Positions 26,634 to 35,013 of a stretch of DNA of 64,000 bases are shown in pieces. Origin of the DNA: an uncultured Phycisphaeraceae bacterium (GTDB lineage: Bacteria > Planctomycetota > Phycisphaerae > UBA1845); the NCBI GenBank assembly GCA_964569425.1, contig CAZMVD010000004.1:12983-76982 (forward strand). Reading direction: 5' to 3'. The notes beneath the pieces were generated by a model. The model had not been told where the DNA came from and did no database searches. It was given only the letters and a program-made list of their open reading frames with translations. The stretch's first letter is position 1; each line of letters starts with the position of its first letter. The translations under genes were made by a program, and so were the position numbers.

Positions 26634-26945
26634 TCAAGTCACCTTCGTGCCGGTCTTTTCTTCCACGCTGCGGATTTTTCCGGCGATGTTCTGGGGCCGA
26701 TCGGTCCGCGTTCCGAAGCGCAGCGACGACGAAATGCGCGGCACGCCCAAACGATGGAGTTCTTCGTGGCAGCGTTTGACCACCGCGAATACGCGGTCCC
26801 ACTCGCCTTCGATGTTGGTGCCGTAGGCGTGCAGGTGTGAGGACAGCCCGGACTCGCGGATGATCCGCTCGCAGGCGGCGATGTAAGATGATACAGACAC
26901 GCCGACGCCGAGTGGTACAACGCACAGATCGACAATCACGTTCAT
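26634..26945 (-). CDS. MTH1187/YkoF-family (DUF77) thiamine-binding-like protein, 103 aa
   Basis: MNVIVDLCVVPLGVGVSVSSYIAACERIIRESGLSSHLHAYGTNIEGEWDRVFAVVKRCHEEL matches the family pattern (V-x-P-L-G ... S-x-Y-V/I ... H-x-x-GT-x-I/L-EG). It is the 3' end of a 497-aa track ORF whose upstream part is antisense to der. ATG at 26945. Confidence 0.8.
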   Translation of the reverse strand: MNVIVDLCVVPLGVGVSVSSYIAACERIIRESGLSSHLHAYGTNIEGEWDRVFAVVKRCHEELHRLGVPRISSSLRFGTRTDRPQNIAGKIRSVEEKTGTKVT

Positions 26946-27080
26946 GGCTGGGTAACCTCCCTTGTCGCCCCGCCCCAGGCGACGCCCACCATCATAACCG
27001 GTTCGTGTCCAGTGCCCTACCCCGACCGTTGACGGGCTGCGTTTCGCCTTACGGGGGTTCGCGGGTATTCTGATAGGGAT

Positions 27081-28412
27081 ATGCCACTGCCGATCGTTGC
27101 CATTGTGGGCCGCCCCAACGTGGGCAAGAGCAGCCTGTTCAACTGCCTGACGCGGGCGCGGATCAGCATTGTGGATCCCACGGCCGGCGTGACGCGCGAC
27201 CGCGTCAGCCATTTGTGCGAATTGGGTGACCGGTACATCGAGTTGGTGGATACCGGCGGCTGGGGCATTGTCGACCGCGATGACCTCAGCGAGGACGTCG
27301 AGCGGCAGATCCGCTTCGCCGTCGATCGCGCCGATCTGATCCTGTTCGTTGTGGACGCGCGCGAGGGCCTCGCGCCGCTGGACCGCGCCACCGCCGAAAT
27401 GCTTCGCCCGCACGCCGATCGGGTGAAGCTCATCGTCAATAAAGTCGATGAGCCGAAATTGGAGGCGGGCATCGGCGAGTTTCTCAAGCTCGGGTTCGGC
27501 GAGGCGCTGCCGGTCAGCGCCATCGACGGCGGCGGACGATCGGCACTGGTGCAACTCATCACCGATGCGCTGGCGGGTCGTGAGCGCGATGTCCCCGCCG
27601 ATCCCACGATGAAGATCGCACTGGTCGGGAAGCGCAACGCCGGCAAGAGCACGTTCATCAACGCGCTGGCGGGCGAAGAACGGGTCATTGTGAGTGAGAT
27701 TCCGGGCACCACCCGCGACAGCATCGACGTGCGCTTCGAAAAGGACGGCCGCGTGCTGGTGGCGATCGACACGGCCGGGGTGCGCAAGAAGAACCGCATG
27801 GCCGACGACGTCGAGTTCTACGCGTTCACCCGCGCCACCCAGTCCGTGCGCCGCGCCGACGTCGTGCTGCTGCTGATCGACGCCGCGGAGCCCGTCGGCC
27901 AGGTGGACAAGCGGCTGGCCGCGCTCATTGCGGAAGAGTACAAGCCGTGCGTGATCGTGGTGAACAAGTGGGACCTGGCGAAGGGTCGCGCGGGCGTGGA
28001 CGAATACGGAGACTATCTGGACAAGATACTGCCGGAGATCGATTTTGCCCCGGTGGCGTTCACGTCGGCTTCGGCAGGGCGCAACGTGCAGCCGACGATC
28101 GACCTCGCTACGGAGTTGTTCAAGCAATCCACCATGCGGGTCGGCACCGGGCGCCTCAACCAGGCGCTGCAGGAGGCGCTGTCACAAAACGCGCCGCGGA
28201 GCAAGCGCGGTCGACGGGCGCCGCGTTTCTACTATGCCACGCAGGTCGCGGCTCAGCCGCCGACCATTGTGGTGTTTGTGAATTCGCCGGAGCTGGTCAC
28301 CACGGATTATGAGCGATTTCTGCACAACCGGCTGCGGGAACGATTGCCCTTCGAGGAAATTCCGATACGATTGTGGTTCCGAGCGCGGCGGACGCGCGCG
28401 GTGATGCCGTAG
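27081..28412 (+). CDS. der: Ribosome-biogenesis GTPase Der (EngA)
   Basis: Two tandem GTPase domains are present. P-loops are GRPNVGKSS and GKRNAGKST, with DTGG and DTAG G3 motifs and NKVD/NKWD G4 motifs. A C-terminal KH-like domain follows. Confidence 0.96.
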   Translation: MPLPIVAIVGRPNVGKSSLFNCLTRARISIVDPTAGVTRDRVSHLCELGDRYIELVDTGGWGIVDRDDLSEDVERQIRFAVDRADLILFVVDAREGLAPLDRATAEMLRPHADRVKLIVNKVDEPKLEAGIGEFLKLGFGEALPVSAIDGGGRSALVQLITDALAGRERDVPADPTMKIALVGKRNAGKSTFINALAGEERVIVSEIPGTTRDSIDVRFEKDGRVLVAIDTAGVRKKNRMADDVEFYAFTRATQSVRRADVVLLLIDAAEPVGQVDKRLAALIAEEYKPCVIVVNKWDLAKGRAGVDEYGDYLDKILPEIDFAPVAFTSASAGRNVQPTIDLATELFKQSTMRVGTGRLNQALQEALSQNAPRSKRGRRAPRFYYATQVAAQPPTIVVFVNSPELVTTDYERFLHNRLRERLPFEEIPIRLWFRARRTRAVMP

Positions 28413-28477
28413 GCCGTTTTGGGGGTTTGCCGGCCCGTCACACCGTTCGCCCGGACCCGCGCTGCCAGGAGACGACC

Positions 28478-29014
28478 ATGTCCATCGAACTGCATTGCCC
28501 CAAGTGCGGAAAGCTGATTCGCGCTCCGGAAAGCGCGGGCGGCAAGCACGGAAAGTGCCCCAACTGCTCGGCCAGCGTGTATGTGCCCATGCCCCCGGCC
28601 GAGGACGACATCATTCCCATCGCGCCGCTCGATGAAGACGAAGAGCGCCGTGCCGACGAGGAGCGCCGCCAGGCGCTGCGCTACGCGGCCACGCTGGAGA
28701 AGGCGACCGACATTCCGGGCGAGAAGCCGTCACGGGGGCGCGACGCCGGGGCGGCCGGCGCCGCCCGTCGCCCCGCGGAAACCCCCGGCGAAGTGATTAA
28801 CCTCGCAGAGGAGGTCGAGCGCTTCATTCTGGCGATGCGCGACTCGAAGCTTGACGAGGCGGATTCCGCAGCCGCGCGGCTGAACCGGTCGGGGTCGCGG
28901 GCGCGGGACTACGTCGAGGGGCTCATGCTCGATGAAATCCCGCCCAAGATCGGCAACATCCCGCCGCCCCTGGTTCAGGGTTTTCTCAAGACGTTGCTGG
29001 CGCGGCTGGGCTAG
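28478..29014 (+). CDS. Zinc-ribbon protein of unknown function, 178 aa
   Basis: ATG at 28478 follows an AGGAGACGACC SD. The N-terminal CPKCGKLIRAP...GKCPNCSASVYVP is a CxxC...CxxC ribbon. An acidic/Arg-rich linker and an alpha-helical C-terminus follow. Confidence 0.55.
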   Translation: MSIELHCPKCGKLIRAPESAGGKHGKCPNCSASVYVPMPPAEDDIIPIAPLDEDEERRADEERRQALRYAATLEKATDIPGEKPSRGRDAGAAGAARRPAETPGEVINLAEEVERFILAMRDSKLDEADSAAARLNRSGSRARDYVEGLMLDEIPPKIGNIPPPLVQGFLKTLLARLG

Positions 29015-29124
29015 CGGACCATAACGATACTCAGTCGTTCATAACCTTTGCCGAGGTTACCCGTCGAAACGTGTACCCGAGATGGGTTCGGTGTCTCGTC
29101 GAGCGGAGTCTCGAGGGGTATGGT

Positions 29125-30084
29125 ATGCGCATGGCAGGGGCGGAGTTTCAACACGGAAGACGACGAACCCGGGTCACGGCAGAGGTCATCGCAACGGCGT
29201 GTGTGCTGCTCGGCATGGCCGGATGTTCGCCGGATGGGGGGGACTCCCGTCAGGTTGTCGGCCTGTTCGGCCAGCTCGGATTGGGGCCCGGCTGTTTCAG
29301 CTATCCGCGCGCCATTTCGTACGATCCCACGGGGTCGGTGCTGGTGGTGGACAAGTCCGGGCGTATTCAGCGTTTCGATGCCGAAGGCGAATGGCTGGCC
29401 TCGTGGAGGGTTCCGGAAACGGCGTTCGGCAAGCCCGTGGGGCTGGCGGTGCATCCCGACGGGCGGGTGCTGGTGGCGGATACGCATTATCACCGGGTAC
29501 TGATCTACGACCGCGAGGGGCAACTCGCGGGCACTTTCGGAAGCGAGGGACTGGGTGATGGCGCGTTTCAACTGACCACCGACGTGGCGGTGGACGCGGA
29601 AGGGTACCTGTACGTCAGCGAGTACTACGACCAGAACCGCATTACCAAGTGGTCGGCGGACCTGCGATTCGTACAGGCGATGGGGGAGGGTCCGGTGGGG
29701 GGGGTGGAGTTGAACCGCCCGACCGGCCTGGTGATCGATGACGAGCAGACGCTGTGGGTGGCGGATGCGTGCAATCATCGCGTGGTGCGCTTCAGTCGAT
29801 CGGGTGAGTTCCTGAGCACGTTCGGTCGGATGGGGCGGGAGCCGGGCGAGTTGCGCTATCCATATGACATCAGTCTGTCACCTGAAGGGACGCTGCTGGT
29901 GTGCGAATACGGCGGCGATCGATTGCAATGGTTTGACAAAAGCGGGCGTTCGCTCGGCACCTGGGGCCGCAGCGGGCGAAAACCCGGTGAACTGTCGGGG
30001 CCGTGGGGTGCAGTCTACGGGCCGCGCGGGCGGATTTACGTCGTGGACTCCATGAACAGCCGCATTCAGATTGTGCAACCATGA
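29125..30084 (+). CDS. NHL-repeat beta-propeller lipoprotein, 319 aa
   Basis: Lipobox LLGMAGC follows the ATG at 29125 (GAGGGG SD). Six repeats of the NHL pattern are present (YPRAISYDPTGSVLVVD, KPVGLAVHPDGRVLVADT, QLTTDVAVDAEGYLYVSE, NRPTGLVIDDEQTLWVAD, RYPYDISLSPEGTLLVCE, SGPWGAVYGPRGRIYVVD). The stop overlaps the next start (ATGA). Confidence 0.82.
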   Translation: MRMAGAEFQHGRRRTRVTAEVIATACVLLGMAGCSPDGGDSRQVVGLFGQLGLGPGCFSYPRAISYDPTGSVLVVDKSGRIQRFDAEGEWLASWRVPETAFGKPVGLAVHPDGRVLVADTHYHRVLIYDREGQLAGTFGSEGLGDGAFQLTTDVAVDAEGYLYVSEYYDQNRITKWSADLRFVQAMGEGPVGGVELNRPTGLVIDDEQTLWVADACNHRVVRFSRSGEFLSTFGRMGREPGELRYPYDISLSPEGTLLVCEYGGDRLQWFDKSGRSLGTWGRSGRKPGELSGPWGAVYGPRGRIYVVDSMNSRIQIVQP

Positions 30085-33000
30085 TGGCATTGGGCTGGGC
30101 ACTGCCGTTCGACTTCGCCGAGCCGCGGTGGCTGTGGCTGTGCCTGCTCATCCCGGTTTTGGTCGTCGCGTCGCTGCGCAGCCTGGCGGGATTGCAGCCC
30201 TTGCGGCGAGGGATGGCGGTGGCAGCACGCAGTGTGCTCATCGTGCTGCTGGCCTGTTGCCTGGGCGGTGTGGAGCATGTGCGCCGCAACAACGACCTGA
30301 CCGTGATCTACCTGATGGATCGTTCGTACAGCGTTCAAGGTCTGCAGGATGCGCAGGAATCGTTCATTCGCGAGTCCACTCGTTCCATGCCCGCAGACGA
30401 CCGCGTAGGTCTTATCGACTTTGCGCGCCATGCCTACCTCCAGCAGTTGCCCATGCGCGGGGGCTATTTTCTTCCTCCCGGGCGGCTGCCGCCCATGGCC
30501 AACGTGGACCGCACGGATATCGCCGCGGCGTTGCGTCTGGCGATGGCCATGTTTCCGCACGATACCGCCAAGCGGATCGTGCTGATGTCCGACGGCAACG
30601 ACAACATGGGCGACGTGCTTGCCGAGGCGCGCCGTGCCAAGGCCGACGGCATCCCCATCGACGTGGTGCCGTTATGGTACGAGCACCGCAACGAGGTTTA
30701 CGTGGAGCGGCTCATCGCTCCCACTCATGCCGAGCCGGGCGAGCAGGTTCCGCTGCGCATTGTCCTTAACACGCAGCGACCGGTGTCAGGCGTGCTTTCG
30801 ATCTACCGCAATGGGGAACTCGTGGACCTGGCGCCGGACGATCGTCGCGTCCACCTGCGCCCCGGCAGTAATACCTTTTTCCTGAAGCTGCCGTTGCGCA
30901 ACATGACCACTCAGGCCTTCGAGGCGGTGTTCCAGCCCGACGATGACAGCCTCGACGGCATCGCTTTGAACAACCGCGCCCGCGCCTTCACCTTTGTGGC
31001 CGGGGGCAGCCGGGCGCTGCTGGTTACTGCCCATGCCGGCGACGACCTGGCGCTGGCGGAGGCTCTGCAGAGCGAAAACGTGATTGTGGACATGGTGTCG
31101 ATCGACCAGCTCGGGGCGTTCGAACTGGCCGACATGCTCAGTTACGCGAGCATCATCCTGTCCAACATACCTGCGGCGGCGTTTACCGACGATCAGCACC
31201 GCTCGCTGGCCGCGTATGTGAAAGACACGGGGAGCGGACTCATCATGACCGGGGGGGACGAGGGGTTCGGCGCCGGCGGATGGATCGGCAGTCCGGTGGA
31301 AGCGGTCATGCCGGTGTCGTTCGAGATCAAGCACAAGCGGGTTATTCCGAGAGGGGCGCTGGTGCTCATCATGCACAGTTGCGAGATTCCCCGCGGCAAC
31401 TACTGGGCCAAGGAAATGGCCAAGAAAAGCGCCGACACGATCAGCTCGCAGGATTATTTCGGCGTGCTCGCGTACGGTTATTCGCCGCCGGGGGAGAACT
31501 GGGAGGTACCGCTGGATCTTAACACCAACCGCGCGGCGGTGAAGGCCAAGATCGACCGCATGCAAGTCGGCGACATGCCTGATTTCGGGTCCACCCTGCA
31601 GATGGCCTATCGGGAGTTGACGGCCGGGCGCGGCAAGGACGCGGCGCAGAAGCACGTGATCATTCTTAGTGACGGCGATGCGTCACCCCCGGCGCTCAAA
31701 CTGTTGGACGATTACACGGCGGCGAAAATTACGGTGAGCACCATCGGAATCGGCTGGGGGGCTCACGTGATGGAGGGCACCATGCGGCACATTTCCGAGA
31801 GGACCGGCGGCAAGTACTACGCGGCCCGAAACCCCAGGCAGCTCCCGCAGATCTTCACCAAGGAATCCAAAGTGGTTCGTCGACCGCTGATCATCGAGGA
31901 ACCGTTCGTGCCTCGGGTTGCTCAGGCCCACAGCGCACTGCTCGCCGGGATCGACGTGGGCGAGACGTTGCCGCCGCTCGGCGGCATGGTGCTCACCTCA
32001 CCCAAGCAGAGCCCCAATGTACTCATGCCGCTGGTGCGTTCCACCGACGACGGCGCCGATCCGGTGCTTGCCCATTGGCAATACGAACTGGGCAAGACCG
32101 TGGCGTTTGCCGGGGGCTACTGGCCGCGCTGGGGCGAAGCCTGGACCCGCTGGCCGAAGTTTGCGAAGTTCTGGGCACAGGTGGTCCGCTGGACCATGCG
32201 ACAGGAATCGCCGGCCAACTTCGACACCTACACGAAGGTAGAGGGCCAGCAGGGCCGCATCGTGATCGACGCCCTGGACAAGAACGCCGCCTACCTCAAC
32301 AACCTGGTGCAGCGCGCCCGCGTGGTGGGACCGGACAACGAGGAAATACCCTTGCAGTTCCGGCAGACGGGGCCCGGGAAATACGAGGCCACCTTCGACG
32401 CGGAAAAGGCCGGCCAATACCTGGCCACCGTGCAGATTTTCGACGGGGGGAGAAATCTGGGGACGCTGCGCACCGGGCTGGCGGTGCCCTTCTCGCCCGA
32501 GTATCGCGACCTGCGCCCCAACGAGGGAATGCTGCGGCAGATTGCGGAGATATCGGGCGGGCGCTGGCTGGACCTGCCCCCGCAGCAGGCGGACGTGTTT
32601 CGCCACGATCTTCCGCCGACCGAATCGCGCCGGCCGGCGTGGGATTGGGTGCTCGCCTGGCTGGTGCTCCCGGCATTCCTGCTTGACGTGGCCGTCCGCC
32701 GGCTGGCGAGCATGTTAGCGCTGTCGATCGTGGTCGAGGTGGTGCTGCTGGTGGTGCTGCTGATCGGGTGCGACGTGCGGTCCAGCGGCTGGTGGGGCAT
32801 TCTCGGGGCGTTCGTATTCGCCGAGGTGATCGGATGGACGATGCGCGCCCGCTACATCCGTCCGCTGTTTGAATATCTGACGCACGGTGCGACGGCCCTG
32901 GCGCAGGCCGGGGAACGCAGCGCGGTGGCTTTGGACAAGCTCAAGACCACACGCGAGAAGGTGCGCGAAGGAACTCGCGGCGGTGACGACGAAGGCACCA

Positions 33001-33257
33001 GAGATCCTGGCGCCGCCGACGGCGCTGCGGTCCGCGCGGCGCGGCGCTTTGACGCCGGGGAACAGGTGGCGCCGGGCAGCGGCGTTTCATTGGAGGATTC
33101 GCTGGGGGCGGCCGGGGCGCGCGAGAGTGAATCGCAGGGTCCATCTCGCCGACCGCCTGTCGGCCTCCCCAAGCAGGCCGATGAAGAAACCACCTCGCGC
33201 CTGCTGCGTGCCAAACGCCGCGCCCAGCGAGATCGGGAAGACCAGGGCGACAGGTGA
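30081..33257 (+). CDS. Large BatA-like membrane protein with two VWA domains, a GATase1/ThuA-like central domain, C-terminal TM helices and a charged tail, 1058 aa
   Basis: The N-terminal aerotolerance-regulator-type segment is FAEPRWLWLCLLIPVLVV plus a second TM. VWA 1 reads VIYLMDRSYSV...LMSDGNDN. The central part is ILSNIPAAAFTDDQHRSLAAYVKDTGSGLIMTGG. VWA 2 reads HVIILSDGDASPP...TVSTIGIG. The C-terminal TM pair is followed by an Arg/Asp/Glu-rich tail. Confidence 0.8.
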   Translation: MMALGWALPFDFAEPRWLWLCLLIPVLVVASLRSLAGLQPLRRGMAVAARSVLIVLLACCLGGVEHVRRNNDLTVIYLMDRSYSVQGLQDAQESFIRESTRSMPADDRVGLIDFARHAYLQQLPMRGGYFLPPGRLPPMANVDRTDIAAALRLAMAMFPHDTAKRIVLMSDGNDNMGDVLAEARRAKADGIPIDVVPLWYEHRNEVYVERLIAPTHAEPGEQVPLRIVLNTQRPVSGVLSIYRNGELVDLAPDDRRVHLRPGSNTFFLKLPLRNMTTQAFEAVFQPDDDSLDGIALNNRARAFTFVAGGSRALLVTAHAGDDLALAEALQSENVIVDMVSIDQLGAFELADMLSYASIILSNIPAAAFTDDQHRSLAAYVKDTGSGLIMTGGDEGFGAGGWIGSPVEAVMPVSFEIKHKRVIPRGALVLIMHSCEIPRGNYWAKEMAKKSADTISSQDYFGVLAYGYSPPGENWEVPLDLNTNRAAVKAKIDRMQVGDMPDFGSTLQMAYRELTAGRGKDAAQKHVIILSDGDASPPALKLLDDYTAAKITVSTIGIGWGAHVMEGTMRHISERTGGKYYAARNPRQLPQIFTKESKVVRRPLIIEEPFVPRVAQAHSALLAGIDVGETLPPLGGMVLTSPKQSPNVLMPLVRSTDDGADPVLAHWQYELGKTVAFAGGYWPRWGEAWTRWPKFAKFWAQVVRWTMRQESPANFDTYTKVEGQQGRIVIDALDKNAAYLNNLVQRARVVGPDNEEIPLQFRQTGPGKYEATFDAEKAGQYLATVQIFDGGRNLGTLRTGLAVPFSPEYRDLRPNEGMLRQIAEISGGRWLDLPPQQADVFRHDLPPTESRRPAWDWVLAWLVLPAFLLDVAVRRLASMLALSIVVEVVLLVVLLIGCDVRSSGWWGILGAFVFAEVIGWTMRARYIRPLFEYLTHGATALAQAGERSAVALDKLKTTREKVREGTRGGDDEGTRDPGAADGAAVRAARRFDAGEQVAPGSGVSLEDSLGAAGARESESQGPSRRPPVGLPKQADEETTSRLLRAKRRAQRDREDQGDR

Positions 33258-33341
33258 AGTTGCAGACTCGAACGCGAGTGATATTGCGGTTGGACCGGCC
33301 GGCCTGAAAGCCCGCCGCCACGCGAGAGAAAGGAAAGACCC

Positions 33342-34358
33342 ATGGCTACGACCGTTGATCCCGCCATTCAAAAGGCCACCGAAGAATTTCGTCACAAGTT
33401 CAAAACGCTTCGCGACGAGATTGGCAAGGCCATCGTCGGTCATGCAGAAGTGATCGACGGCGTACTTACGGCGCTGTTCGTCGGCGGGCACGTGCTGCTC
33501 GAAGGCGTGCCCGGACTGGGCAAGACTTACCTGATCCGCACGTTGGCGCAGGCGCTCGATCTTCAGTTCTCGCGCATCCAGTTCACGCCCGACCTGATGC
33601 CCGCGGACATCATCGGCACGACGATCATCTCCGAGGACCCCGCCAGCGGAAAGCGTTCCTTCGAGTTTCAGCGCGGGCCGCTCTTCGCCCAGATCGTCCT
33701 CGCCGACGAAATCAACCGTGCCACGCCCAAGACTCAGTCAGCGCTGCTCGAAGCGATGCAGGAGCACACCATCACCGTCGGCGGAACCCGACACGCGCTG
33801 GAAGAGCCATTTTTCGTTATGGCCACCCAGAACCCCATCGAACAGGAAGGCACCTACCCGCTGCCCGAGGCGCAGCTCGACCGCTTCATGTTCAAGCTGG
33901 TGGTCAACTACTCCAGCCGGGAGGAACTCAAGACTATCCTGGAGCGCACCACCACCGGCTATCAGCCGCAGATCAACAAAGTCATGCGCGGCGCGGACAT
34001 CCTGGGCACCCAGCAGTTGGTTCGCCGCGTGGTCATGGCTCCGCACGTGGAAGACTACGCCATTCGCACGGCCATGGCCTCGCACCCCGGCGGGCCGCAC
34101 GCGCTGGACATCACCAACAAATATGTCCGCTGGGGCGTCAGCCCGCGTGCGGTGCAGGCGCTGGCGCTCTCCGCCAAGCTCCACGCGCTGCTCGACGGGC
34201 GCTTCAACGCCAGCTTCAGCGACGTCAAGAAAATGTACCTGCCGGCCATGCGCCACCGCGTGATCCTCAACTTTGAGGGCGAAGCCGAGGGCATCAGCAC
34301 CGATGACGTGCTGCGCGAGATTCTCGATAAGACCCCGACCATGGCCGAGGCGGCGTAG
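33342..34358 (+). CDS. MoxR-family AAA+ ATPase
   Basis: Walker A reads LLEGVPGLGKT and Walker B reads IVLADEINRA. FTPDLMPADIIGT and NPIEQEGTYPLPEAQLDRF are hallmark MoxR strings. Length is 338 aa. Confidence 0.94.
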   Translation: MATTVDPAIQKATEEFRHKFKTLRDEIGKAIVGHAEVIDGVLTALFVGGHVLLEGVPGLGKTYLIRTLAQALDLQFSRIQFTPDLMPADIIGTTIISEDPASGKRSFEFQRGPLFAQIVLADEINRATPKTQSALLEAMQEHTITVGGTRHALEEPFFVMATQNPIEQEGTYPLPEAQLDRFMFKLVVNYSSREELKTILERTTTGYQPQINKVMRGADILGTQQLVRRVVMAPHVEDYAIRTAMASHPGGPHALDITNKYVRWGVSPRAVQALALSAKLHALLDGRFNASFSDVKKMYLPAMRHRVILNFEGEAEGISTDDVLREILDKTPTMAEAA

Positions 34359-34480
34359 GGGGGGGAATGCGTAATGGTGAATGCGGAGTATGGTTCGCAG
34401 CGGTGCCGGCGAAGTTGAACCAGGCTCGGGTCGGAGCGCCGTTGGAACACGACGATGAGTCGATGATGCTCTGATGCTTC

Positions 34481-34912
34481 CTACGGTCCCGTGAATCCCG
34501 CTTGCAGCGCGGCGAAGTCGAGCATGTCCACCGTGCCGCTGCGGTCCACGTCGAAGCACGAACAATCTGCCGGCGGCGGTCCCAGATCGGGCCCGGTGAG
34601 GCAGAGTTCGAACAGTGAATGGTCGGCCAGTGCCACCAGCCCGTCCTCGTCGCAGTCGGCGGGCGGGGTCTGAAACCAGAAGCCGCCAGTCATCTCGAAT
34701 GGCCCGCCTACCATGTCGCCCGCATCCGGTTGGCCGATGGTGCCGGAAAGCTCGAACACGCCGTCGGCACTGGCGCTGCGCATGGCGCCGCCGCCGTCGA
34801 TGGTGGAGCGCGTAATCTCCCACTGCTGAGCGATCGCCGTGACGCCCGCCGTCGCTGCGCACGCCGCAACAACGTTCAGTACGGTCGCTGGCCTGAAAAA
34901 TCGCCTTGCCAT
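34481..34912 (-). CDS. Small secreted protein: GTIGQPDAG...GGFW motif domain plus C-terminal dockerin-like module, 143 aa
   Basis: ATG at 34912 has a GGAGG SD. Signal peptide MARRFFRPATVLNVVAACAATAGVTAIA. Then TIDGGGAMRSASADGVFELSGTIGQPDAGDMVGGPFEMTGGFWF. The C-terminus reads DCDEDGLVALADHSLFELCLTG...DVDRSGTVDMLDFAALQAGFTG. Confidence 0.6.
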   Translation of the reverse strand: MARRFFRPATVLNVVAACAATAGVTAIAQQWEITRSTIDGGGAMRSASADGVFELSGTIGQPDAGDMVGGPFEMTGGFWFQTPPADCDEDGLVALADHSLFELCLTGPDLGPPPADCSCFDVDRSGTVDMLDFAALQAGFTGP

Positions 34913-35013
34913 CCGGTTCCTCCTTTGTTTTTGCCGCACCGGCGTCAGCCCTCGGCGAAGACCAGAGCGATCGGCACGGTGCGGCATCATCAACCTCCGG
35001 CGCTCGTGGACCG

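Noticed and set aside
26946-28127. Upstream 394 codons of the 497-aa minus-strand ORF
   Set aside because: They are antisense to der, which has two perfect GTPase domains. Only the last 103 codons (26634-26945) form a recognisable protein.
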